Assembly: GCA_038104845.1 (NCBI GenBank)
Contig: JAYOBJ010000005.1
Span: 8,809-72,808 of the forward strand
Origin: Methanobacteriota archaeon
GTDB taxonomy: Archaea > Thermoplasmatota > Poseidoniia > Poseidoniales > Poseidoniaceae
Direction: 5' to 3'
DNA length: 64,000 bases
The notes beneath the pieces were generated by a model. That model was not told the DNA's origin and did no database searches. It worked only from the letters and a program-made list of their open reading frames with translations. Position numbers and translations under genes: made by a program. Of the stretch, positions 17,898-26,129 are shown in pieces (the first letter of the stretch is position 1; every line of letters starts with the position of its first letter).

Positions 17898-19954
17898 GCG
17901 CGTTCACGCCATTCATTCTGTCGCTGCCAGAGGTGAAGGGCCACGACGGCAAAGGCCACCACAACGCCACCCTGGAGGGCCAAACTCGAGTACAGGCGAA
18001 GTTCGGGTTCCCAAGCATGAACCTCCACCGTCAGGCTCTCGCCGTCCGATTCAAGGTAGACGATGTGATTTGGCAGCACTTGCGGGGCCCACTGGTCGGC
18101 GGTGTCGGAGGTCAGCACTTGCGTGGTGTTGGCCTCGAGTTCAAGGAAGTAAATTTCCCGATCCATGTACTTCGCCACCGGGGCCATCGGGTTCAGATGG
18201 TCGCGCACGGCATAGGCCAGGACGTTCTCGCCCATGGACGGGTCGCTCACGGCAAATTTCGGGTTGCTGGCCAGCCACTGGTCGGCCGATGACCGGTTCA
18301 CGACCACCAAGCGGTCCGTTGCGCTCACGTTGACCGTGACGGCCACGAAATCCCGGTTGAACGCCACGTCGCGAATGGAGGCATTCGCCATGTCCACCGG
18401 CGTCCCCCATGAAGCGAGGATGGCGTCTTCATCCACCGTTGCGGAGGCGTTGATGACGTATTGAATCTGGCCAAGCACCCCCATCTGCTGGACATGAACC
18501 GTGAGCGGGTTTCGGGCTTGAACCACCGCAACCTCCAACCCAGCGCACGAAAGTTGCACGACGTCGTCGAACACCACCAACCCCGTGGGGTTGGCCTCAC
18601 CGTTCAGCCCCCAAGCGGTCATGCTGCCGTTGGTCAAGGTCAGCAACTGCGGCTGTTCCGGAGCGCCGCAAAGCGCGACCCGGTCGACACTGGCCAACTC
18701 AAGCGAGTGTTCAATCGACAAAGGTCGGTTCAGATCGACGATGTGGATGCGGGTGGCGTTGGAGACGGCCAACCAATCCCCGTGCACGGCATGGCTGCTG
18801 TTCAACGTCAAGCCGGGCGTGTTGATGACCACAGGTTCGTCCTCAGGGGTGGACAGGTTGTGGAGCGTCAGCACAGCGCCCTCGGTTTGGTTGTCAAGCG
18901 TGACGAGCCATCCGTCCGCAGCGCTGGCTCCCTCGGGGGCTTGAACGCCGCCTGCGGGCAGTGAGCGGTCAGCCAGATCCCAGGTGACCACCATCGCCAC
19001 AAAGATCAGAATGAACACCGCCATCCTTCCGGTCTCTCTGGAGGTGGGGTGACGGTAGCGCTTGAACGTGCGTTGGGTCCTGCCGGCCAACCATGCCCAC
19101 GCTTTGCCCGGACGGGTCAGCACCGTGACGATGCGGGCGTTCATCGTCCGTTCGTCGAAAAACTTCCACCAACCGTTGGAGGTGCGGTCCGCCAACGAAA
19201 CGGCGGCACCGGCGACCAGCATCCCACCGATGATATCCACAAACCAGTGGATGCCGAGGTAGATGATGGTGAAGGCCGTGAGCAAGGTGTAAGCGAGCAC
19301 CGTCCCTCGGTACCTGTTCCATCGTCGATCGTCGTCGAAACGGGTTAAGCACAACCACACGGCGAAGGGGATGCCGATGTGCAAGGAAGGCATCCCGTTG
19401 GTGAACGGATCGATTCGGCGAAACCAGTCCGCAATTTCGGGCGTGAGGGTGTAGGCCAGCGTTTCCATTTCCGGGATGGCGTCCCCGGTCACGCGGACGT
19501 TGAAAAACAGGTAAAACGGCAACGCCAGCACATAGACCCAAGCGATGGACAACGTCACGCGGTCGGCCAGCCAGCGGTCGTCAAAATAGGCGAAATAAAA
19601 CACCGAAACGTAACAGATAAACATGAAACCAGCGACATAAAAATGTGTCAAAGCAGCGGTCAACCAATCGGCTTGGAAGGTCTGCTGCACCCACACCACG
19701 AGGTTGCCTTCCACCGCCCAAATGTAGGGTGTCATGTCCAACCCTGTGCTCGCCATCAGCACACGGTCGATTTGGTCAATGCCGTCCTTGGCGTTATAAA
19801 TCGTGAACACGATGAGGATGTGAACCCAATAGCGTCGGAAGAAATCAACGAAAGGTGGAAGCGACAACTTGGCCCAAGGCGGCTTGAAAACAGGGAGCAG
19901 GATGACGCCCAGCGCAAGCGCTGAAATCATCCAAGTCAAGTAGATGCTCTGCAA
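17894..19954 (-). CDS. PAP2_3 (Aur1/IPC-synthase-like) lipid phosphotransferase fused to a large glycosylated ectodomain
   Basis: The N-terminal ~325 aa are polytopic with PAP2 motifs NGMPSLHIGIPFAV and LGIHWFVDIIGG. Then aa ~326-655 are beta-rich with at least 9 N-X-S/T sequons, followed by a C-terminal TM helix (GGVVVAFAVVALHLW). Confidence 0.7.
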   Translation of the reverse strand: MQSIYLTWMISALALGVILLPVFKPPWAKLSLPPFVDFFRRYWVHILIVFTIYNAKDGIDQIDRVLMASTGLDMTPYIWAVEGNLVVWVQQTFQADWLTAALTHFYVAGFMFICYVSVFYFAYFDDRWLADRVTLSIAWVYVLALPFYLFFNVRVTGDAIPEMETLAYTLTPEIADWFRRIDPFTNGMPSLHIGIPFAVWLCLTRFDDDRRWNRYRGTVLAYTLLTAFTIIYLGIHWFVDIIGGMLVAGAAVSLADRTSNGWWKFFDERTMNARIVTVLTRPGKAWAWLAGRTQRTFKRYRHPTSRETGRMAVFILIFVAMVVTWDLADRSLPAGGVQAPEGASAADGWLVTLDNQTEGAVLTLHNLSTPEDEPVVINTPGLTLNSSHAVHGDWLAVSNATRIHIVDLNRPLSIEHSLELASVDRVALCGAPEQPQLLTLTNGSMTAWGLNGEANPTGLVVFDDVVQLSCAGLEVAVVQARNPLTVHVQQMGVLGQIQYVINASATVDEDAILASWGTPVDMANASIRDVAFNRDFVAVTVNVSATDRLVVVNRSSADQWLASNPKFAVSDPSMGENVLAYAVRDHLNPMAPVAKYMDREIYFLELEANTTQVLTSDTADQWAPQVLPNHIVYLESDGESLTVEVHAWEPELRLYSSLALQGGVVVAFAVVALHLWQRQNEWRERA

Positions 19955-20027
19955 CCCGCCACCTCGTTTTGATGGCAGCAGGTCTGCTTCATGAACGCGT
20001 CGTCCTCACGCAGCGCTGCAGCGCCGT

Positions 20028-20381
20028 TCACCATGCGCCGTGAACGTACGGACGCCCTCGGTCCGGGTCCCGTTTCAGCGCCAAATCGTAAATCCGTTCA
20101 AAACGGAAAATGCCGCTTGAACACCCCTGTTGCCACTCAAAGGCAAGAGCGTAATTCCCCACCGTGCGCACCTGGGGCTTTTCGGCAGGCAGCGCTTCGA
20201 TTTGACGGCGCAGGGTTCGACTGGTGTTGTCTTCGTTGCGCATGGGCGCACACTTGGCACAGGGGCACGCATGGCGAAGATCGTCGTAGGTCACGTTGTG
20301 TGTGGTTCCGTCATCGTAGGTGAGCGCCATGTCCTGAGCCCGACGCTCCAACTTGGTCATCGTGGGCAGCGTCTCCGTCAC
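20028..20381 (-). CDS. DUF971-like small Cys-rich protein
   Basis: A 117-aa protein with LRHACPCAKCAP and YALAFEWQQGCSSGIF, the DUF971 (gamma-butyrobetaine hydroxylase N-terminal-like) pattern. It lies 9 nt downstream of the Mrp gene. Confidence 0.6.
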   Translation of the reverse strand: MTETLPTMTKLERRAQDMALTYDDGTTHNVTYDDLRHACPCAKCAPMRNEDNTSRTLRRQIEALPAEKPQVRTVGNYALAFEWQQGCSSGIFRFERIYDLALKRDPDRGRPYVHGAW

Positions 20382-20390
20382 GGCCTCACC

Positions 20391-21401
20391 TCACACAATT
20401 TCGAGGCTGGACGAACCGCCTCGGTTGAGTTGACCTTGAATGGCATCCACCACCTTAGCGAAGGCCTGGGCGGACGCTCCGTCGGGTTCCGACACGATGC
20501 GATGCACGCCGTCGTCACCGCCGCGAACGAAGCCTGGATCAAAGGGCAAAGCACCGAGGAAAGGCACACCAAATTCCTCAGCGGTCGCCTTGCCACCGCC
20601 TTCCTTGAAGATGTCCAGCGTGAACGAAAACGAACCGTCCTCGCTGGCAGTGGTGCTCAAGGTTTTGCCTCCTGGGGCGCCAACGCTGATGTCGGTTCCG
20701 GGTTGGGCGGTCCCGCTGATGGTGAACCCGCTCATGTTCTCCACCACGCCAAGGACGGGGACCTTGAGGGATTCCGAGAAGGTGATGGATTTACGGCTGT
20801 CGAGGAGGGCCACCTGCTGCGGGGTGGTCACAATGACCATACCGTCAATGTCCGGGAGCGACTGCGCCACCGTCAAGGGCTCGTCCGAGGTTCCGGGTGG
20901 AAAATCGATGACCAAGTAATCCAGTTGACCCCACTCGACATCGCCGATGAACTGTTGAATGGCCCCGAGCTTGATGGGCCCACGCCAAACCACGGGCGTG
21001 TCTTCGTCGTCCAGCAAGAAGGCCATGCTGATGACCTTCACGCCCAGGTGGCCTTCGGCAGGATGGATGCGCTTGTTCTCCACATGGAGTCGACGACCGT
21101 CCAGTCCCATCATTTTGGGCACGTTGGGGCCCGTGATGTCGATGTCGAGGATGCCCACTTTGTGACCTTGTTGCGCCAAGGAGAGGGCCAGACCGGTGGA
21201 CACCGTGGATTTGCCCACACCGCCTTTGCCCGAGAGCACCATGATCTTGTGCTTGATCTTTCGACCGATCTCTTCCATGGCCATCTTCCGCTTCATCTGC
21301 GCATAGGCCTGCTCCATCTGCTTCTGCTCTTGGGGAGAAGGCCCGTTTTCAGACGGGTTTCCGCCTCCGGGCGGGTTGATGGTCACCGGTGAATCGGCCA
21401 T
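20391..21401 (-). CDS. Mrp/NBP35/ApbC-family P-loop ATPase, cysteine-free variant
   Basis: Deviant Walker A VLSGKGGVGKST, ILDIDITGPNVPKMMG, LVIDFPPGTSDE and GVVENMS. The canonical CxxC after ENMS is replaced by a ~40-aa Gly/Ser/Thr insert. The whole protein has no Cys. Confidence 0.85.
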   Translation of the reverse strand: MADSPVTINPPGGGNPSENGPSPQEQKQMEQAYAQMKRKMAMEEIGRKIKHKIMVLSGKGGVGKSTVSTGLALSLAQQGHKVGILDIDITGPNVPKMMGLDGRRLHVENKRIHPAEGHLGVKVISMAFLLDDEDTPVVWRGPIKLGAIQQFIGDVEWGQLDYLVIDFPPGTSDEPLTVAQSLPDIDGMVIVTTPQQVALLDSRKSITFSESLKVPVLGVVENMSGFTISGTAQPGTDISVGAPGGKTLSTTASEDGSFSFTLDIFKEGGGKATAEEFGVPFLGALPFDPGFVRGGDDGVHRIVSEPDGASAQAFAKVVDAIQGQLNRGGSSSLEIV

Positions 21402-21449
21402 GGCCTCACCATCGCAGGGGGCTACTTCAACCCACCCACGGCTGCACCA

Positions 21450-21800
21450 TCATGCATTCATCCGTCGTGCAAATTGAAGCTCCATCGCCACATGGGCCAC
21501 CGCCCAGGCACCCATCACACCCACGAAGGGTCCTGCAGCCCATGCCATGCCGCCGTAGGCCCACGCCAGCCCCAACGCCAGCGGGCAGCCGACAACGGTG
21601 TAATGCCGGTGCCGACGACGACGCTGGTTCAAAGACAGGCCCGGTGATGTCGCCGCACCCAACGGGCCGAAGAGGACCACCTGCACGCTCACGGTGATGG
21701 CCACAACATGGAAGGCCACCGAGGCGTTCAGTGAGGCCGCGACGATGTGCGCTAGAAACAAAGCGCCGAACACCCCAAGGTGAACCAAGAGATGACGCAT
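21450..21800 (-). CDS. Hypothetical small membrane protein
   Basis: The internal start MRHLLVHLGVFGALFLAHIV gives ~116 aa with 3-4 hydrophobic helices. The longer ORF (to 22133) would be antisense to the phosphatase gene. Confidence 0.35.
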   Translation of the reverse strand: MRHLLVHLGVFGALFLAHIVAASLNASVAFHVVAITVSVQVVLFGPLGAATSPGLSLNQRRRRHRHYTVVGCPLALGLAWAYGGMAWAAGPFVGVMGAWAVAHVAMELQFARRMNA

Positions 21801-21879
21801 GAGGCTCTCCCGAGCCTTCGCTTCTTTGAACCCACCTATGGAGAAAGGGTTGAAATCATTGCAAGCGGTCATGCACCCC

Positions 21880-22272
21880 ATGAAACTCCTGTTCGTGTGC
21901 GTGGGCAATTCGTGCCGCTCACAAATGGCCGAGGCGTTGGCCAAAAGCATGGGCTTTGAAGCCGCATCGGCTGGCACCCACCCAGCTGCATCGGTTGCGG
22001 CCCATGCGTTGACCTTGCTTGAACAACGGGGGTTGCCCACCCAAGGTCTCGTCCCAAAAAGCGTGGACCTGATGGACGAAACCGATTTTGACATGGTCAT
22101 CTCCATGGGCTGTGGCGTCGCGTGCCCGAACATGAAGATCCACGAGGATTGGGGACTCGACGATCCCGTGGGCCAGTCGTACGACGTCTACGAAGCCACA
22201 GCAGCGCGCATCGAAGAGCGGTTGCAGATCATCCGCAATCAGTTGGAATCCACCGGTTCGCCTTCACCGTGA
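21880..22272 (+). CDS. Low-molecular-weight phosphotyrosine phosphatase / ArsC-type arsenate reductase family
   Basis: MKLLFVCVGNSCRSQMAEA (CX5R(S/T) P-loop) and a D-P general-acid region (GLDDPVG). The start was taken at 21880, not the ORF start at 21799. Confidence 0.8.
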   Translation: MKLLFVCVGNSCRSQMAEALAKSMGFEAASAGTHPAASVAAHALTLLEQRGLPTQGLVPKSVDLMDETDFDMVISMGCGVACPNMKIHEDWGLDDPVGQSYDVYEATAARIEERLQIIRNQLESTGSPSP

Positions 22273-22556
22273 AGGTCGATGCGCAACACGCTGACCGTGC
22301 GGACGCTCCCGTCGTCGTTCTCCAACGATTCCGACTCGCAAGCGAGGTGTTCGATGGTGACCGTCTCGGGCAAGCCCTGAGCGATGTGACCGCTACGACG
22401 GCGGCACACTTCAGCCACGTCAACCGCCCGGCCAATCGTTGCACCTCTGGCCACCAACTGGATGGAGCGGTCGCCCTCTTCCATGGCCATCACCACCGCT
22501 CGGACGTAAGAGTGGAGGGGTTTTTTTCCGATGAAAATCACGCGTCGCTCGGTCAT
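22239..22556 (-). CDS. albA: Chromatin/RNA-binding protein Alba
   Basis: MTERRVIFIGKKPLHSYVRAVVMAMEEGDRSIQLVARGATIGRAVDVAEV matches the Alba core (IGKKP..YV......ARG..I..AVDVAE). The start was taken at 22556. The 3' end overlaps the convergent phosphatase gene by 34 nt. Confidence 0.85.
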   Translation of the reverse strand: MTERRVIFIGKKPLHSYVRAVVMAMEEGDRSIQLVARGATIGRAVDVAEVCRRRSGHIAQGLPETVTIEHLACESESLENDDGSVRTVSVLRIDLHGEGEPVDSN

Positions 22557-22587
22557 GATGGTCACCGTTTTGTTGGTGCGGTCGTCC

Positions 22588-22593
22588 ATAAAG
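22588..22593 (-). promoter_or_regulatory. Possible TATA-like box for alba
   Basis: The minus strand reads CTTTAT 32-37 nt upstream of the ATG at 22556, which would give a very short leader. Confidence 0.25.
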
Positions 22594-22689
22594 ATTGATG
22601 CTGTTGGCATCCGAACATCGATGAGCACATGGTCCTACGAGCATGCTCGATTCGTCATGCCCACGCCGGCGAGAACCGAAATAGAAGTG

Positions 22690-22863
22690 AGGGAATCACC
22701 AGCGATTGGCGCTCGAGAGGACCGTTGGGGTGTCGTTGGAGCGCGAGTGCCGGGATCCGAGTGTTGGACCGCAACAAGCGGTCGATCAGCCAAGGGAAAC
22801 ACGAGCGTCTGGCGCTCGCAAATCTGCATCAGGGGGAAGAGGAGTGCGAGCGCCGGGACTCGA
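22690..22863 (-). repeat. Two copies (offset 103 nt) of a 71-nt unit that includes the tRNA-Gly 3' end and its trailer hairpin; the distal copy looks like a decayed tRNA fragment
   Basis: Unit B (22793-22863) includes the tRNA acceptor/T-arm. Unit A is 22690-22760. By manual alignment the flanks match 22/26 and 19/23, with a divergent 22-nt centre. Each unit carries a 10-nt inverted repeat with an identical 24-nt spacer: GGCGCTCGCA/TGCGAGCGCC (perfect) in unit B and GGCGCTCGAG/CGCGAGTGCC in unit A. Confidence 0.6.
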
Positions 22864-22916
22864 ACCCGGGTTCAGGCGTTGGCAACGCCCGGTGATAACC
22901 ACTACACTACGCTCGC
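22845..22916 (-). tRNA. tRNA-Gly (anticodon GCC)
   Basis: The reverse complement is GCGAGCGTAGTGTAGTGGTTATCACCGGGCGTTGCCAACGCCTGAACCCGGGTTCGAGTCCCGGCGCTCGCA. It has a perfect 7-bp acceptor stem and a 5-bp anticodon stem with loop TTGCCAA. The T-arm is CCGGG-TTCGAGT-CCCGG and the discriminator is A. It is 72 nt, with no intron and no encoded CCA. Confidence 0.92.
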
Positions 22917-22942
22917 TGGTGATTCCCCCGACCGAGCAGGGG

Positions 22943-22948
22943 TTTAAA
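22943..22948 (-). promoter_or_regulatory. TATA box (TTTAAA) of the tRNA-Gly gene
   Basis: TTTAAA lies 27-32 nt upstream of tRNA position +1 (22916), the canonical archaeal spacing. Confidence 0.6.
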
Positions 22949-22988
22949 CGGTTGTCGGCTAGGGGGATTGGGACCTTCCGTGCAGCCA

Positions 22989-25900
22989 TCATTCCATACC
23001 AAAGCGGTCACCGCTGCGACCGCCAGAGCCACCGCTGCGCATCATGAACACGACCGCTGCAACGGCGCCCAACAACACCAATCCTCCGATGGCACCGAGC
23101 ATCAACGAGGAGGAACCCACACCTGTGCCGTCGCCCTCATCGCCGTCGATGAGGTTCACCGCTGCGGAAGCCGTGTTTTGTTCACCGAAGGCATCGATGG
23201 CCCGAACAGTGATCTCGTGCGTGCCAAGAGGCGTTCCGGAACGCACCGACAGCTCGATGGAGAACACACCGTCACCGGCGACTTCATCGCCCCCTGAACG
23301 GCCGTCATCGTGCATCGTCGCCCATTCAGCAGCACCAACGCCTGCGAACACGCCGAGGTTGGCTTCCACGCGATACACGCCATCGGGATCGCTGACGTTC
23401 ACGGTGAACACCGGTGCGTCGCCTTCCACCTTGACCACGTTGACGGTGGGAGGTGACAGAATGGACGGCCGGTCGTTGAGCACCATCAACGCGATCGGCG
23501 TTGACCCACCGACGGGAACATGATGCGGCCCGAGGGGCGAAGCACCGATCGGCCCGGTGGGCGATGACCATGCCTCGTAGCGCGCAGTGGCACCTTCGCC
23601 GTCCGTCACCACCACGGCGAGGGTCTGCAAGCCAGGTGAAAGCCCAACCGGCGTGTCCACCATCGCAGCCCAAACACCGTCGCTTTCGGCCAACGCCACG
23701 TTGGCTCCGCCGTATTGACGGAGGTCAAGCGCGACCGATGCCACGCCGTGACCGTCGTACGCCCGCACGTTGACCACCAAAGCAGCGCCGCGTTCCAAGG
23801 TCTCAGGAGCCAACGTGACCTCGACCAGCCGTGGGGCATGGTTCACCACATCAACGGTCCCGTGGTGCGTGGTTTGGGCCCCGAAGGCATCGGTGGCCAC
23901 AACCGTCACGTCCTGCTCACCCACCTCGAGGCCGGGCACACGAACGCTGACCGTGTAGACATCGTCGCCGATGGATTGGTCGCCGTCCAGGCCACGGTCG
24001 TTCAACACCACCGTGCCAAGGCCCACCGAACTCAAATCGGCGGTGACGGTGTCGACGTTGAACTCAGCATCGGCGATGGTCACCTCGAGATGCGCCAACG
24101 AGCCGCTTTCACCGACCACCAAGCCTTCTCGCAAGGAAACAGCGTTCACCATGGGCGGAGTGTTGTCGTCTGCGCTGACGATTTGAGGCGAAATCACACG
24201 GTCCAGGTCTTGGGTTTCATTGAGGATCAGCGTGTCGTTGGTGGGGCCAAAGGGCACGCTCAACGAGCGCTGAACGGACGAAAGCAGACCCTGAAGCGGA
24301 CCATCAGCGACGATGGACCCACTGGCCGTGCCCTGAGCGCCGGTGCCATCCAGCCCGTACGTTCCGGACCATCGAACCACGGAGAGGTTGTGACCGTCCC
24401 GCACGTCCACGCCCGGCTCGCCGGCCACGACGTCCAAATCCAGCCCTTCCTGGGCATTGAGGGTCAACCGGTCACCGGTCTGGAGCGGAATGGGCATCCA
24501 ACCCGTTTCCCGACTGACGGTCAGGTTGCCAAGGGACTGGTCAACCTCCGGCGGGGTTGGGTCTTGCTGAATCGGACTCCGCTCAGGGCGCTCGTCGCCT
24601 TCCGAAGCGTCCGCTCCGGTTTCTCGCCAAACCAAGCGCACGGTCCGGTTGTCCCAATCCGCATGCACCACTTGGTAATCCCAAGTTTCGTTGTGCGTGG
24701 CACCCAAACCCGCACCGTCAAAGAAATTCCCGCCGTTCAATCCGGTGATGTTGAACCACGTTTCTTGATGAATGACGTTCACGTCAAACACCTCGCCGGT
24801 GGCGTTGGCTTGCGTTCCGGTTTCTTCGATGCCCCGAACGACACCAAAGGTGCCCTGAACATCACCGGTGAGAACGCCGTCCACATGAAGGTCGTCGATC
24901 GTGGTGGAACCGTTCACGACCTGCGTGTGCAGGTCAAGGATGGTCCCGTTCACTTGGAGCGAAGCGTTCTCGTCCTGGTCGGAAAACCCGAAGGTCCCCG
25001 AACCGTAGAGTTCCTCGTGCTGTTGGACACGCTCTCCATGTTCCCAACGCTCAAGCGAGGAAAATCCGTCCAAGTCGACGTCCAGGCGGGTGCCGTCCTC
25101 AATGAGCACGAACGTGGCTATGGCTTCGAACTGGGTGTGTTGAAGCACGCGCTCACCGTCAACGTCGTGGTATTCGAGGAAAAAGATGGCCAATTCACCG
25201 TCGATGGACAAGGTATCGTTCGATGCGCTGCTGTCGGACAGGTTGAGCACGCCGGTCGCTTCGAGCAGCAATTGCTCTTCGATCACGCCATCGATGGTGG
25301 AACGGTTCAGTTCGGCCTGCGACACGTTGGCGTGAATCACCGTGAGCACCCCGTCTTGGTCAACGGTGGTGTTGAGGGTACCAAACCCGCGTGCGTCGAA
25401 GGTTTGGGCTGTCAAGACGCCCGCCACGATGGTTTCGTTCTTCCAGAGTTGCGTGAGCACGAGATCAAGATCCGTGGCGGTGCCGTTCACTTGCTCAAAG
25501 GTCTCAAAATCCCCGGCCCCGAGTTCCCAAGATTGGACCACATCGCCGATGCGCTGTTGCCACCCTTGGCCGTCAAAGGACAACGCAAACCGTTGGGGCC
25601 CCTCATCGTTCGTGTAGGCCTGCTCGGTGGACCAGCGGGTGGACAACAGGACCTCATGGTCGTCCATGGGTTGGTTCCACTGTCCGACCTGCACGTTGCG
25701 ATCAACGTGAACGGGAGAGGACAATGCGGTCCCATCCACCGCCGTTAGGTTGACGCTGACGGAGACCAATTCGCCCCAGCTGAGGCTGTGGTCAAACGTG
25801 ACCAGCGCCACCCGTCCAGCATCGTTGCTGTCCCACGACACCGCCGTGGGTTCCAGTGTGCCGTTGACAAGGTCACTCGAGAAGCGAGCGTCAAACGTGT

Positions 25901-26078
25901 AGGCGCCGTCCCCGTTGAACTGAAGCGTGTACTGGTTCAGCACACCGCCTTGACCGTCATCGACCCAGTGAACACCAACGGCAACGGTGTGAAGATCGTT
26001 CCCCTCGGCTTGCGTGGGAACGGTTGACAGCGCCATCAGGAAAACCACGCCCACGGCCAACGTGCGTCGAAGGTCCAT
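22989..26078 (-). CDS. Large secreted, C-terminally membrane-anchored cell-surface glycoprotein (S-layer/adhesin candidate)
   Basis: 1029 aa. The N-terminal signal peptide is MDLRRTLAVGVVFLMALSTVPTQAEG. There are more than 20 N-X-S/T sequons. Three Ig-like ~100-aa modules in the C-terminal third share the motif D.G..GD...GD.V(Y/F)(T/S). The C-terminus has a TM helix (LMLGAIGGLVLLGAVAAVVFMM) and a basic/Gly tail. Confidence 0.75.
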   Translation of the reverse strand: MDLRRTLAVGVVFLMALSTVPTQAEGNDLHTVAVGVHWVDDGQGGVLNQYTLQFNGDGAYTFDARFSSDLVNGTLEPTAVSWDSNDAGRVALVTFDHSLSWGELVSVSVNLTAVDGTALSSPVHVDRNVQVGQWNQPMDDHEVLLSTRWSTEQAYTNDEGPQRFALSFDGQGWQQRIGDVVQSWELGAGDFETFEQVNGTATDLDLVLTQLWKNETIVAGVLTAQTFDARGFGTLNTTVDQDGVLTVIHANVSQAELNRSTIDGVIEEQLLLEATGVLNLSDSSASNDTLSIDGELAIFFLEYHDVDGERVLQHTQFEAIATFVLIEDGTRLDVDLDGFSSLERWEHGERVQQHEELYGSGTFGFSDQDENASLQVNGTILDLHTQVVNGSTTIDDLHVDGVLTGDVQGTFGVVRGIEETGTQANATGEVFDVNVIHQETWFNITGLNGGNFFDGAGLGATHNETWDYQVVHADWDNRTVRLVWRETGADASEGDERPERSPIQQDPTPPEVDQSLGNLTVSRETGWMPIPLQTGDRLTLNAQEGLDLDVVAGEPGVDVRDGHNLSVVRWSGTYGLDGTGAQGTASGSIVADGPLQGLLSSVQRSLSVPFGPTNDTLILNETQDLDRVISPQIVSADDNTPPMVNAVSLREGLVVGESGSLAHLEVTIADAEFNVDTVTADLSSVGLGTVVLNDRGLDGDQSIGDDVYTVSVRVPGLEVGEQDVTVVATDAFGAQTTHHGTVDVVNHAPRLVEVTLAPETLERGAALVVNVRAYDGHGVASVALDLRQYGGANVALAESDGVWAAMVDTPVGLSPGLQTLAVVVTDGEGATARYEAWSSPTGPIGASPLGPHHVPVGGSTPIALMVLNDRPSILSPPTVNVVKVEGDAPVFTVNVSDPDGVYRVEANLGVFAGVGAAEWATMHDDGRSGGDEVAGDGVFSIELSVRSGTPLGTHEITVRAIDAFGEQNTASAAVNLIDGDEGDGTGVGSSSLMLGAIGGLVLLGAVAAVVFMMRSGGSGGRSGDRFGME

Positions 26079-26080
26079 GG

Positions 26081-26104
26081 TGTAAAAGAGGACACACTCC
26101 TCTT
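26081..26104 (-). terminator. Hairpin plus U-tract between the DHS gene and the surface-protein gene
   Basis: The minus-strand RNA reads AAGAGGA-GUGUG-UCCUCUU followed by UUACACC-AUG. It is a 7-bp stem with CUUUUA at its 3' side, 26 nt after the DHS stop and ending 7 nt before the next ATG. Confidence 0.3.
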
Positions 26105-26129
26105 CAAGACTTTGGGGAGGGTGTGCAAC

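Noticed and set aside
21450-22272. LMW-PTP/ArsC-like gene plus adjacent small membrane protein as an arsenic-resistance operon.
   Set aside because: There is no ArsB/ACR3 pump, ArsR or ArsA. The membrane ORF is small, divergent and weakly supported. The CX5R protein could equally be a protein tyrosine phosphatase.
23715-25748. A 677-aa ORF on the plus strand, plus many similar long ORFs such as 30638-32281, 38437-39636, 51265-53022, 20130-21392, 27571-28698, 32406-33500 and 60864-61967.
   Set aside because: Each lies antisense to a gene with clear family motifs or coherent architecture. Their translations are Arg/Gly/His/Pro/Val-rich low-complexity strings with no recognisable motifs. In GC-rich DNA, antisense frames are stop-poor by chance.
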